Shown piece by piece: positions 4,954-13,298 of a DNA stretch of 45,988 bases (its first letter is position 1; every line of letters starts with the position of its first letter). Source of the DNA: a virus. The notes under the pieces are model-generated. The model made no database searches, was not told the origin of the DNA, and was given only the letters and a program-made list of their open reading frames with translations. The position numbers and the translations under genes are program-made. The stretch is from positions 1 to 45,988 of IMG/VR virus record IMGVR_UViG_3300013233_000256; one strand, 5' to 3'.

Positions 4954-7403
4954 CGGTTATTTCGATAGCGTTGCAACGCGTTCTTCAGCCCTTCCTGATC
5001 ATCAGTTTTTCTGGACAACGCGTCAGCAACGGCAACATCTACTGTGTCATTGCATAGTATCCTGATGATTGACACAGGGGATCGCTGACCCTGACGGTCG
5101 ATTCGTGCATTCATCTGATCATACAACTCCAGGCTGTAGTTCAACCCGAACCATACAACGGTATGGCCTGAATCCTGCAGCCCGTCGATGCCATGCGACA
5201 TGCTCGCACAGTGGCCAATCATCAGTTTGAGCTCACCCCGGTTCCATTTCTCAATAATGCTTTCAGTCTTGCGTGACGACTCAGCTGTAAGATTTACCGG
5301 TTTGAGTTTTCTGAACTTTTTCATGATCCGATCTGCGTCAGCCCTAAACGAATAGCTACATAACACCGGTGACCCTGACGCTTCTTCCATCACGTCTTCC
5401 AGTGCATCAAGTTTAGCATCATGCGTAACCGTGTACTCAGGCTGCCCCGGTTCCAGGTAGGGTGACCCGTTCGCAATTTGTAAACACTTGTTCGATACAC
5501 TGCTTCGACTGAACACTTCCAGCTCGTCACCATTGTCGAGCCTGGTGAACATTTCCCGCTCAACTTCTTCATAGGCTTTACGCGCTTTCAACGGCATGTC
5601 AACCATGAGATCGGTGATCGTCACATCAGGGAGATCGAGATACTCTTTACTATCCATCTTCACAGTGATGTCGCTGATCTTCTGCTCAATTGCTTGCTTA
5701 CCCAACGGCGTCGGTGAATAGCTCCAGCCCATGAAGTCTGATTGGAAGTAGTTGTCACGAAACCGTGTAACGTACTCACCGAGGCGGGTTCCGTTGTCTA
5801 TGACCAGGTACTGACCATGCAGGTCTATGTAACCGTTCGATGCCGGCGTCCCTGTAAGTCCGACCCGGTACCTAAAGTGCGGTATCATGTTGCGCCAGCC
5901 CGGTACTTTGATCTTATGAGTAGTTCCATAACGATCTTTCCGATCTCTGGTGCCGCCCTTTACCCGGAGAGTTGTACTGTTTTTCAGTTTTGAGATTTCG
6001 TCATACACGACCATCTGAAATGGTAAAGGTTTCCCCTGCGACAGATAATAATGCTCCAGTGTTTCGGTTAGCCAGTTCATCGCTTCATAGTTGACCAGAT
6101 ACACGTCAGCTATTGCAAATAGTGCCTGTGCCCGTTTGACCTTTGTGCCGTGGACGATAGAGAAGCGCAGGTGCTTGGTGTGCTCCCATTTCCGTGCTTC
6201 TTTAGCCCACACCGATTGGATTACGCGCAACGGGCCAAAGATTAAAGTCTTCTGAACCTGGCCGGCGCGCATCCTGTCAACGATTGTGGTGAGGGTGATC
6301 GCGGTATTATGGGTGACGACGTGGTGACGTGTTACATATAAGTGGTCTGCTACGTCAACCATGATACACACTGAGTTTTCATCATTCACCTGTTCTATTG
6401 ATTTAATCTTACGGTTCACATGGTACTTTGTCGGTCGCTGCCATTTATCAAGTTTTCTTGTCAAACGAAACGGATTCATCGCGCTTGGTAGTTTCACGTT
6501 TACACGCCATGATTTCCGACCAGCACCTCCTTGATGTCGTGTGTGTCGTGGTGTTTTGTTCCTTCCAATCCCGCCGAGTGACTCAGCTAAATTTATGACA
6601 GAGTCGATCAAGTTCTCAGATGTTGACGAGAACTCAACGCCACCCCCGCCAATCGGACTCCCATCTGTGTCCAGAAGACCTTGTAATAATGACAATCTCT
6701 GATACTCATCAGCCAGAAGGTATTTAGGTGGTACTGTTTTTTCCCAGCTTCTTTTCCCCATCAGACCCAGGTCACGAAGTTCCTGTTTAATGTGTGGAAT
6801 ATAACCATAACCGGTATACATCGATGTCTTGTGCGACGTGCACGTTGAGCAACCGATGTTCTGTATGATTTCCGTGTCAGTGCACACTGTTACACCGCTT
6901 CTCTCGCTCACTGTGCCATCACCCAGGATGACTCCTAAAGTGTAGGCATCTATCGGCAGTTGAGCTGTGTGATAACTGACCGGCTGAACTAACGGCACAC
7001 TCCACTTCAACCCGTTGCTTTGTTTCAATCCCGATTCGATTATCTCAGTTGTGCTCATAGTACACCACTGATCTTTTAATCTCATTTGAGCGGTCTGCAC
7101 GTTCCATAAGTGGTCATAGCCACACCGAGTATATGACCCGTCATTGAACGTCACCTTGACCACTCTGTTATCTGTTTGTGGGTATACACCGATTACCTTT
7201 GTCGGCCTACCGTTAGAACCAATCACGTTGTCACCGATGCCCAGACTACCTATCGGAACCCAACCGACCGGTGTCAGCACCGGTTCGCTGACTGGTTGCT
7301 GCTTACCCAACCCCATCCCAAGCCACAACATCGACTGGTCGCGGGTAAGCTGATGCATGACGCACTCACGTTGATACTGGTGCAGTTGCTGAGGGGTTAG
7401 CAC
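4950..7403 (-). CDS. SNF2-family ATPase/helicase interrupted by an intein (817 aa precursor, about 485 aa spliced)
   Basis: Motif I GMGLGK//TAITLT is split by the insertion. Downstream are SNF2-like blocks (LIFGPLRVIQSVWAKEARKW, VVYDEISKLKN, LTGTPASNGYIDL) and a helicase C-domain (VLCSYSFRADADRI ... GHCASMSHGIDGLQ ... RIDRQGQ). Confidence 0.9.
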   Translation of the reverse strand: MLTPQQLHQYQRECVMHQLTRDQSMLWLGMGLGKQQPVSEPVLTPVGWVPIGSLGIGDNVIGSNGRPTKVIGVYPQTDNRVVKVTFNDGSYTRCGYDHLWNVQTAQMRLKDQWCTMSTTEIIESGLKQSNGLKWSVPLVQPVSYHTAQLPIDAYTLGVILGDGTVSERSGVTVCTDTEIIQNIGCSTCTSHKTSMYTGYGYIPHIKQELRDLGLMGKRSWEKTVPPKYLLADEYQRLSLLQGLLDTDGSPIGGGGVEFSSTSENLIDSVINLAESLGGIGRNKTPRHTRHQGGAGRKSWRVNVKLPSAMNPFRLTRKLDKWQRPTKYHVNRKIKSIEQVNDENSVCIMVDVADHLYVTRHHVVTHNTAITLTTIVDRMRAGQVQKTLIFGPLRVIQSVWAKEARKWEHTKHLRFSIVHGTKVKRAQALFAIADVYLVNYEAMNWLTETLEHYYLSQGKPLPFQMVVYDEISKLKNSTTLRVKGGTRDRKDRYGTTHKIKVPGWRNMIPHFRYRVGLTGTPASNGYIDLHGQYLVIDNGTRLGEYVTRFRDNYFQSDFMGWSYSPTPLGKQAIEQKISDITVKMDSKEYLDLPDVTITDLMVDMPLKARKAYEEVEREMFTRLDNGDELEVFSRSSVSNKCLQIANGSPYLEPGQPEYTVTHDAKLDALEDVMEEASGSPVLCSYSFRADADRIMKKFRKLKPVNLTAESSRKTESIIEKWNRGELKLMIGHCASMSHGIDGLQDSGHTVVWFGLNYSLELYDQMNARIDRQGQRSPVSIIRILCNDTVDVAVADALSRKTDDQEGLKNALQRYRNNR
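6306..7301 (-). mobile_element. Intein (332 aa, residues 35-366 of the precursor) with double-motif LAGLIDADG homing endonuclease
   Basis: It is inserted between Lys34 and Thr367 of the P-loop. It contains a Hint block-A-like segment (SEPVLTPVGWVPIGSLGIGDNVIG) and LAGLIDADG motifs LGVILGDGTV and LLQGLLDTDGS. The C-terminus is VVTHN followed by Thr+1. Confidence 0.75.
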
Positions 7404-7681
7404 TCGATCAACCCTCCAATCAAGTCGTTCACTTCTTCTTCACCGTAAACAGTCACCACTTCAGCACCTGCAGCCCTGAGTCGTTCGTGCTCGCGCTCCT
7501 GCACAGATGACAGTCGCCCACCACAAGTCTTCACCTCTACAAACACAACACGACCTTTATAAATGATGATGCGATCAGGCACACCATCGCGACCGGGTGA
7601 CACCCACTTACGACTGACCCCGCCGATCTCTTCAACTGACGCGGTCAGGTGGCGCTCGACTTTATTTTCATTCACACCCAT
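7397..7681 (-). CDS. VRR-NUC domain nuclease
   Basis: GVPDRIIIYKGRVVFVEVKTCGGRLSSVQEREHERLRAAGAEV matches the VRR-NUC pattern (PD...vE.K...g.ls..Q). A GGAGG SD lies upstream. Confidence 0.75.
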   Translation of the reverse strand: MGVNENKVERHLTASVEEIGGVSRKWVSPGRDGVPDRIIIYKGRVVFVEVKTCGGRLSSVQEREHERLRAAGAEVVTVYGEEEVNDLIGGLIEC

Positions 7682-7949
7682 CCCAACCTCCGATAACGAC
7701 CTGAGTCGTGACTACCATGATGTGTACACCATACAGCCCGAGCTTGCTCATTGCGTCGGCGAACTCGTCGTCATCACTGATGTGAGCAGTTTCAACTACT
7801 TCAGGTGGGCACCCGTACCCTTGCATTTCCATCACGTCGTTGAGCATTTCCCGTGCTCTTTTTGCAGGCATAATGACAAACTTTGGGTCATCGCTGCTGT
7901 TCTTCTTGTACTCGTTGCACGCGTTCAGCACTTCTTCTAATACGCTCAT
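7668..7949 (-). CDS. Hypothetical protein, 93 aa
   Basis: The ORF has a GAGAGG SD and sits in the operon chain. Confidence 0.6.
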   Translation of the reverse strand: MSVLEEVLNACNEYKKNSSDDPKFVIMPAKRAREMLNDVMEMQGYGCPPEVVETAHISDDDEFADAMSKLGLYGVHIMVVTTQVVIGGWDGCE

Positions 7950-8058
7950 TGTGTTGTAGCCTCTCTTTCTTCTCTCGAAGTTCTTTTGTCTTCCGGATCA
8001 TTAAGGGTGTGACCTGGAACCCTTCCTGCTTGTCGTTTTCAAATATCGGGAAGCTCAT
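7888..8058 (-). CDS. Possible 56-aa basic protein
   Basis: Read manually. Its ATG overlaps the upstream stop (ATGA), but it overlaps the next gene by 62 nt. Confidence 0.2.
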   Translation of the reverse strand: MSFPIFENDKQEGFQVTPLMIRKTKELREKKERLQHNERIRRSAERVQRVQEEQQR

Positions 8059-8579
8059 TGAAACCCTTTCGCAACTTTCGCTAATCGTTCTTCATACTCA
8101 GGGTGAGCACGCTGTTCAGCGAAGTCCTTCAGTGCCAAGGATTTACTGGTACCATGACCTACACTGTAACCGGTGGCGAGGTGTGTCACTGCCCATGACT
8201 TACCTGTATGACCAAGCACATAACCCGGTTCAATCAGCTTGCACTTGATCAGTGGCCGCTTCTCGCCGTCAGGGAACCCGGCATAATAGTAAACGTTCAC
8301 CCCGCGCAACCGGGCGTATTCAATGGCGTTGTCCAACTCACCGTCTTCAATGAACTGATCTATTACGATTTGTGCCGCTGATCGGACGGGTCGACTGGTC
8401 TTTGTCGCATGCGTGGCTTTGTAGCACCCTTGCTTTACTCGCAGTGCGAGTTTCTCAGCGAACGCTTTCACTGATTCGTCATCGTTCAGGCAGCTATAGG
8501 TGCAATTGCCGAACTTGAAGTACGCTCGCGGAAGGTCGCCGCGTGGTAGTGTTGGGATAGATTTGATAAATTCTCTCAT
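8055..8579 (-). CDS. Hypothetical protein, 174 aa
   Basis: This is the first ORF after promoter P2, with a GGAGG SD. I recognise no motif. Confidence 0.7.
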   Translation of the reverse strand: MREFIKSIPTLPRGDLPRAYFKFGNCTYSCLNDDESVKAFAEKLALRVKQGCYKATHATKTSRPVRSAAQIVIDQFIEDGELDNAIEYARLRGVNVYYYAGFPDGEKRPLIKCKLIEPGYVLGHTGKSWAVTHLATGYSVGHGTSKSLALKDFAEQRAHPEYEERLAKVAKGFQ

Positions 8580-8599
8580 GATGAACCTCCAGAACCCAA

Positions 8600-8628
8600 A
8601 CAGTAATGACTTGTAATACTCATGTCAA
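8600..8628 (-). promoter_or_regulatory. Sigma70-type promoter P2 (TTGACA-N17-TACTGT)
   Basis: The minus strand reads TTGACA TGAGTATTACAAGTCAT TACTGT. The -35 is formed by the last codons of the polymerase gene. Confidence 0.6.
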
Positions 8629-10581
8629 TGGCTCGACCAGCTTCTCAGCTTCCCTGATGTAGTATTCGTAGTTGATGTCGTCGATCTCACCCTTCGGCAT
8701 CACGTTGCACAGCCTGACAGTCCAGCCGGTGTGAAGGGATGACCGACGCTCTTCATATACGCTTCGGTTGCCGGTATGTATCCTTGGGTCCCATACACCA
8801 CCGATGTGTGACATGACCATGTTATACTCGGCCTTACTGACTCCGTTCTTCCGTTTATACTGTCCGACCGGGCCTGCAGCCGGCATCACCTTTTCAAGCA
8901 TGTCACCATCGGTGCTGATGTAGTATCTGATAATGTTCGGCACCCGTTGACGACCCCACTCAAGCAGTGAGTTGCGTGGCACTTTGGTGCGCAGCATGAA
9001 GTCAAACATATCGTCATGACCCTCAATGAACTCTCGTACCGGTACACCTCGCACCAGTGACGCTTCTGCTGCCATGGCTATGACCCTTGCTGACCAGTCT
9101 TTGTGCCAGGGCAGCTCGCGCGTACCAGGGCTGTCGTGTGCAGTGACGTAAGCATACGCGCCGATGCGCTTCACGTTGCCGTTCTCATGGACAGCAATAT
9201 ATGAATTCACATCCCTGATGTGCATGCTTTTGTATGTTGCCTCTTCCAGCTCCAGGTTCGTGACACTCTCCCACCACCGGCATACCTTGCGGGTGTGCTC
9301 CAGGTACTCACGAGGGCACAAGTAAGTGATGCCGTCGGTGTTCACCTGCACCATCTGAAGCCCCGGCACCTTCAGCATCTGCTCAATCAGCATGCACAAC
9401 AGAAGCTGACCGTTGATCGTGATACTCATAGTGTACGCGGTGTCGAAGAATGGGCTGTACTTGTTGTTTGAACCGCCGTATGCACCGTTGAGTGCTAGTT
9501 TATATGCTTCATTCTCAGGTGTCTTTTTCGGAAAGGTTTTACGAGTTTCATACAGGTCAAGGTACGCGTCACAGAACGCTGTACCGAGGTGCGCAGGATA
9601 CAATCGATTCTTGATAGCGAGGTTCGGGTAGAAGCTAGCAACATCGACATCCACAAGCTGCCTGTAGTCATCTGAGTACACAGTCTGGCACTGTAGCGAT
9701 GCATGAAGGCCACCGGTGCCGAACTTGTAATCAAGCCCACCCAGTGACGCCACGAGTTCATTGAACACACCCTTCGTTTCGGTAATCGTTTGTTCAGATA
9801 ACCATTTGCGGATACGTTCAAACTCAGGGTTTTCAAATCTCACATACGGAAAGATTACGTCACCCAGGTTCAATGATTCCCTGATAGTCTGCTTCTTTTG
9901 TTTACGACCGTCGATGATCGCATAACAACTTGTTCCGTGCTGTTCCATGGCAGTCGTCAATAATGTTTCTCCGATCTTCACGTCGGACATGTTCATCATG
10001 TTACGTCCGAACTTCTCAGTCAGACTTTCACGCAGCTTGATTGCAGGTGTGATCTCATTATAAAACTGTAAAGTTGCGTCAACATCGTGCATGTTATACT
10101 TAATCAGCACGTCTATCTGGTCACTGGTGAGACTGGTACCGACAGGGAACGGCAGGTCTTCTACTGACTCCATGTGCATGTTGAACTCTAGCACCTTCAG
10201 ACCGGTGGCCTTGGCCATATTGTCAAAGTGCATTACTTTGTACAGGTCAAGCTGTTCGACCTTCCATTCACTTTCCCAGACCATGTTGCTGAACCGTGCA
10301 TTGAACGGGGTATTGATAATGGACATCGCCTTTTGGTAGATGTCTGAAACTGAGCACTTGTTGTTCAGTATATAATGAATCACCGGGTAATCGAAACCGA
10401 GGTTGTTAAACCCGACAAGGCGACATTCGACAGCAGAACTGATAAAAAAAACAAACGCATCGTAGTCGTTACGCCGATCACTGATCTCGAATATCCACGT
10501 CTGCCCCGTGACAGCCGACTTGATGGCGCAGGTGAAAGCATTGGGAAAAGTTTCAATGTCATATATGAGGTCGTGCTTCAT
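8620..10581 (-). CDS. DNA polymerase with N-terminal 3'-5' exonuclease (family-B-like motifs)
   Basis: Exo motifs are present: DIET, GFNNLGFDYPV, YNMHDVD. Polymerase motifs are DVASFYPNL (DxxSLYPS-like), KLALNGAYG (KxxxNSxYG-like) and VNTDGI (DTD-like). Confidence 0.88.
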   Translation of the reverse strand: MKHDLIYDIETFPNAFTCAIKSAVTGQTWIFEISDRRNDYDAFVFFISSAVECRLVGFNNLGFDYPVIHYILNNKCSVSDIYQKAMSIINTPFNARFSNMVWESEWKVEQLDLYKVMHFDNMAKATGLKVLEFNMHMESVEDLPFPVGTSLTSDQIDVLIKYNMHDVDATLQFYNEITPAIKLRESLTEKFGRNMMNMSDVKIGETLLTTAMEQHGTSCYAIIDGRKQKKQTIRESLNLGDVIFPYVRFENPEFERIRKWLSEQTITETKGVFNELVASLGGLDYKFGTGGLHASLQCQTVYSDDYRQLVDVDVASFYPNLAIKNRLYPAHLGTAFCDAYLDLYETRKTFPKKTPENEAYKLALNGAYGGSNNKYSPFFDTAYTMSITINGQLLLCMLIEQMLKVPGLQMVQVNTDGITYLCPREYLEHTRKVCRWWESVTNLELEEATYKSMHIRDVNSYIAVHENGNVKRIGAYAYVTAHDSPGTRELPWHKDWSARVIAMAAEASLVRGVPVREFIEGHDDMFDFMLRTKVPRNSLLEWGRQRVPNIIRYYISTDGDMLEKVMPAAGPVGQYKRKNGVSKAEYNMVMSHIGGVWDPRIHTGNRSVYEERRSSLHTGWTVRLCNVMPKGEIDDINYEYYIREAEKLVEPLT

Positions 10582-10595
10582 GTGCGAATCTCCTT

Positions 10596-10653
10596 ATCAA
10601 GACCACCGACCCGTCACAGGAGGGAGGGGAGGGATTCGAGCCGGTGGCCTTGA
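10596..10653. repeat. 12-bp inverted repeat enclosing a 34-nt loop with a G/C-run tract
   Basis: tcaagaccaccg (10596-10607) pairs with cggtggccttga (10642-10653), with one G-U position. The loop contains ggagggaggggaggg on the plus strand. It sits just upstream of the polymerase SD. Confidence 0.5.
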
Positions 10654-10675
10654 TAAAGATGCCCCCGAAGGGGCA
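10653..10675 (-). terminator. Stem-loop with UUCG tetraloop after the SSB gene (weak terminator or attenuator)
   Basis: The minus strand reads UGCCCC-UUCG-GGGGCA followed by UCUUUAUC. The U-tract is interrupted, so termination is probably partial. Confidence 0.4.
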
Positions 10676-10680
10676 CCCTG

Positions 10681-11415
10681 TTATGACGCGAAGCTTGGCT
10701 TAATTGCCAAACCGTTCGCAATGAGCTGATCGTCAGTCCAACCTTGCGCTTTGTACGCATCATACGTTACGCCGGCGGCTTTGTCAGTCATGATGAGGCC
10801 AGCTGGAGCTGGAGCTGGAGCTGGAGCTGGAGCTGGAGCTGGAGCTGGAGCTGGAGCTGGAGCTGGAGCTGGAGCTGGAGCTGGAGCCCCAGGAAACGTC
10901 GTGGCCGGACCTGCAGTCATGCCTTGTGTCGGCAGGTCACCGAACATCGACTCAGCTGTCTGCACATTACCCAGTGCACCCAACGGGCCATCTTCACCTG
11001 TAAGCAAGACACCATTCAGACCAGCACCGACACCTTTGTTCACTGCTGAGTTGTATGAGTAGGTGTTGATCTGGAACCAAGCCAGCTGACCGGCTACAAC
11101 CTGGCCTTGATCCATTACCGGTTGCAGACTCAAATCCACACAGACAGGTTTCCGATCTGCTTTGGCACTGGCGTTCAGGACAACGTAACCTTCGTGATCC
11201 GGGTCTGGTTTCAGACACACCTTACCCGTCGCCGGGAAACCGGACGGAAAGCCATTTGCTTTTTCAGCATCGATTGCCTGTTGAATCTGAGCAACTTGCG
11301 GGTCGTTCGCCGGCAGTACGATTGAGCACGAATACTTCGGTTCGTCACCCTGCTGAACAGCACGAGGTGTGAACAAGTGCGGATATGAAATGATACCTTT
11401 TACTTTGATTTGCAT
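10681..11415 (-). CDS. ssDNA-binding protein, DUF2815/gp2.5-like, with (Ala-Pro)n linker and small C-terminal domain
   Basis: The N-terminus KGIISYPHLFTPRAVQQGDEPKYSCSIVLP fits the DUF2815 signature as I recall it. Gene order DUF2800 - DUF2815 - polymerase is a known phage replication module. Confidence 0.7.
   Translation of the reverse strand: MQIKVKGIISYPHLFTPRAVQQGDEPKYSCSIVLPANDPQVAQIQQAIDAEKANGFPSGFPATGKVCLKPDPDHEGYVVLNASAKADRKPVCVDLSLQPVMDQGQVVAGQLAWFQINTYSYNSAVNKGVGAGLNGVLLTGEDGPLGALGNVQTAESMFGDLPTQGMTAGPATTFPGAPAPAPAPAPAPAPAPAPAPAPAPAPAPAGLIMTDKAAGVTYDAYKAQGWTDDQLIANGLAIKPSFAS
10801..10884. repeat. Hexanucleotide microsatellite (agctgg)x14 encoding (Ala-Pro)n on the minus strand
   Basis: Counted directly: 14 perfect units, then agcccc. 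Confidence 0.95.
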
Positions 11416-11426
11416 GTCATCCCTCC

Positions 11427-12719
11427 TTAAAAGAATGATACTTTTTCAGCAGCGGCCTCACTGCTGAAGTCTACGACAGGCGCTGTCGCGGCGGTGCGTG
11501 CCACTTTCTTCACAGTAAGTGTGCCGGGGGTGTACTCAACAAGCTGATCAGCGAGACGCTTCTTCTGGTCATCTGTCAATATCGTGAGTTTTTTCATTTG
11601 TGCCGGTGAGATCAGCTTCGGCGGGTAATAGTCGTCTTTCTTCAGCCGGCGACTTTTCAACGCTTTTATCACTGTTTCTTCGTCAGTGTTCCATTTATAT
11701 GACCCGCGACCCGGTGCCATGATATAACCGGGGACTACTCCACCGGTTTCGAGTCGTTGCCTGATCTCTTCGTCAACTTTTGCAAATTGAGCTGCGAGAG
11801 CATCTTTCGCATCAGCCAGGTTCGCAAGGTCTTCATCACTGAGTGTGGTGACAGATTTGAACTGACTGGCAACCATTTCAAACAGACTCTGACCTTCTAC
11901 GGGGTCAGTTCCACCTACGTCAACTTCCATATTTCTTATCTCCTCTATCCCGATGTTCAGCAAAGCCTCACAATTCGGTTTATGTTTGCACCATTTACAA
12001 TAACCTTTTCCATTTTTATCATCTGGAATGAGTGGTGCGTTTGCGCTGTCGGTTGCGGTTGCTGCTGTAAGCAGCTTCAGCGACACACCGGCCAACTCGT
12101 TTGACGTTACGTCCTGGTAGCGTACAGGTGGTGACGTCTTGGGCTGCACAATAGTCATGCGCACAGGGAGCGTTGCTGTCTTGTATACATTACTCATCTT
12201 ACCGATGGCATACGACTGTAGCTGTGTGTTATCATCAACACCGACCCACCCGCGACCGTCTTTGTAGTCGCAAACTTCAAGGAACTTGCAATAATCGTCA
12301 GCACCTATCGCGGTGATGGTTACATCACATGTACCCCACCAATCATCACGACCGAACTGTGCGCCAGGGTTTGACTGGCTTTCAGACTCGACAAGTATTC
12401 TCGCACCGGGGAATTGTTGTACCAGCTCTCCTACCCGGCGTTCAATGTAATCAAGACACATCTGTACCCGCTCACATCGATCAGGCATAACCATCCACCC
12501 GTTCGGATTATCAAAATCACCGGCGCCGATAATCTGACCATCATAGGCATCTGCTCTGACATTGTTGTTCAGGCACATTTCGAGTAATAGATGCGACCCG
12601 GTGCCATCAATCGCAGCTTCACCACTGATGTCGGGGTACACGGCCTCTTCCCTGACCGATCCGGGGCAGTGTGGCCAGCGGTGGTTGCTAGGGCCGAGCC
12701 TTGCATGGTGTCCGCTCAT
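11427..12719 (-). CDS. PD-(D/E)xK nuclease, DUF2800 / Cas4-RecB-like
   Basis: The N-terminus has HARLGPSNHRWPHCPGS ... AAIDGTGSHLLLE. A DYK nuclease motif is present (LEVCDYKDGRG). There is a Cys cluster, CKWCKHKPNC. Confidence 0.78.
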   Translation of the reverse strand: MSGHHARLGPSNHRWPHCPGSVREEAVYPDISGEAAIDGTGSHLLLEMCLNNNVRADAYDGQIIGAGDFDNPNGWMVMPDRCERVQMCLDYIERRVGELVQQFPGARILVESESQSNPGAQFGRDDWWGTCDVTITAIGADDYCKFLEVCDYKDGRGWVGVDDNTQLQSYAIGKMSNVYKTATLPVRMTIVQPKTSPPVRYQDVTSNELAGVSLKLLTAATATDSANAPLIPDDKNGKGYCKWCKHKPNCEALLNIGIEEIRNMEVDVGGTDPVEGQSLFEMVASQFKSVTTLSDEDLANLADAKDALAAQFAKVDEEIRQRLETGGVVPGYIMAPGRGSYKWNTDEETVIKALKSRRLKKDDYYPPKLISPAQMKKLTILTDDQKKRLADQLVEYTPGTLTVKKVARTAATAPVVDFSSEAAAEKVSFF

Positions 12720-13123
12720 GCCTTCAGCGCCTTCACAGCTTCCAAGACTTCCGTCCGTTGAGCAGGCTTCAGGTCGTTAATAGACAATGAGCCACATGTG
12801 TCACGCATCACCTGATCAATACCTTCACGACCGCCCAGACGCTGGTACTCAGCAAGCAGTGCGCCGTTGAGTGCATCCAGAGTCATCGACTTCTTTTTCT
12901 TCGGTGTTGGTGCTGGTGCTGGTGCTGGTGCTGGTGCTGGTGCTGGTGCTGGTGCTGGTGCTGGTGCTGGTGCTGGTTCCATCGGTAAGTCAGCTAGTAT
13001 CGGGTTCGGTTCCATCATTTTATCAATGAGTTCCTTGCTCGGTAGTTCGCCGGATTCAGTGGTAGTGTTCACCAGCTTCTCCAATGCATCAGCTATTCGT
13101 TTGAGATTGTTTTCAATCGACAT
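12716..13123 (-). CDS. Hypothetical two-domain protein, 135 aa, with (Pro-Ala)n linker
   Basis: The ORF overlaps its neighbours. A PAPAPA... linker followed by KKKK separates two short helical segments. Confidence 0.7.
   Translation of the reverse strand: MSIENNLKRIADALEKLVNTTTESGELPSKELIDKMMEPNPILADLPMEPAPAPAPAPAPAPAPAPAPAPAPTPKKKKSMTLDALNGALLAEYQRLGGREGIDQVMRDTCGSLSINDLKPAQRTEVLEAVKALKA
12905..12976. repeat. Hexanucleotide microsatellite (tgctgg)x11 plus one degenerate unit, encoding (Pro-Ala)n on the minus strand
   Basis: Counted directly. It uses different codons from the 10801-10884 repeat. Confidence 0.95.
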
Positions 13124-13298
13124 AAATTGACCCTCCTTCGGGTTTTAATATCTGCAGCCGGTCTTCATTGAATGCTGTGATGATTTCACGAAGCATGTCT
13201 GAATGATTACGATGCATCTTTCCGCATTTCTTCTTCAGTTTCTTCAGCTCGCGTGAGTCCATTCTGAGCTGCAAGTTATGGTCAAGTGTCTGTGTCAT
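13113..13298 (-). CDS. Ribbon-helix-helix-like DNA-binding protein, 61 aa
   Basis: The pattern LQLRMDSRELKKLKKKCGKM..HSDMLREIITAF resembles a beta-strand/helix/helix RHH layout. An AGGAGG SD lies upstream, and it is the first gene after promoter P3. Confidence 0.5.
   Translation of the reverse strand: MTQTLDHNLQLRMDSRELKKLKKKCGKMHRNHSDMLREIITAFNEDRLQILKPEGGSIYVD

Noticed and set aside
10628-10646. tRNA T-arm-like GGCTCGAATCC (minus strand) between the SSB and polymerase genes
   Set aside because: The flanks cannot form a T-stem or acceptor stem. It lies in the loop of a 12-bp inverted repeat.
10744-11062. Plus-strand ORFs encoding (WS)n and (GA)n, and 12867-13130 encoding (GA)n
   Set aside because: These are antisense read-throughs of the hexanucleotide microsatellites inside well-supported minus-strand genes.
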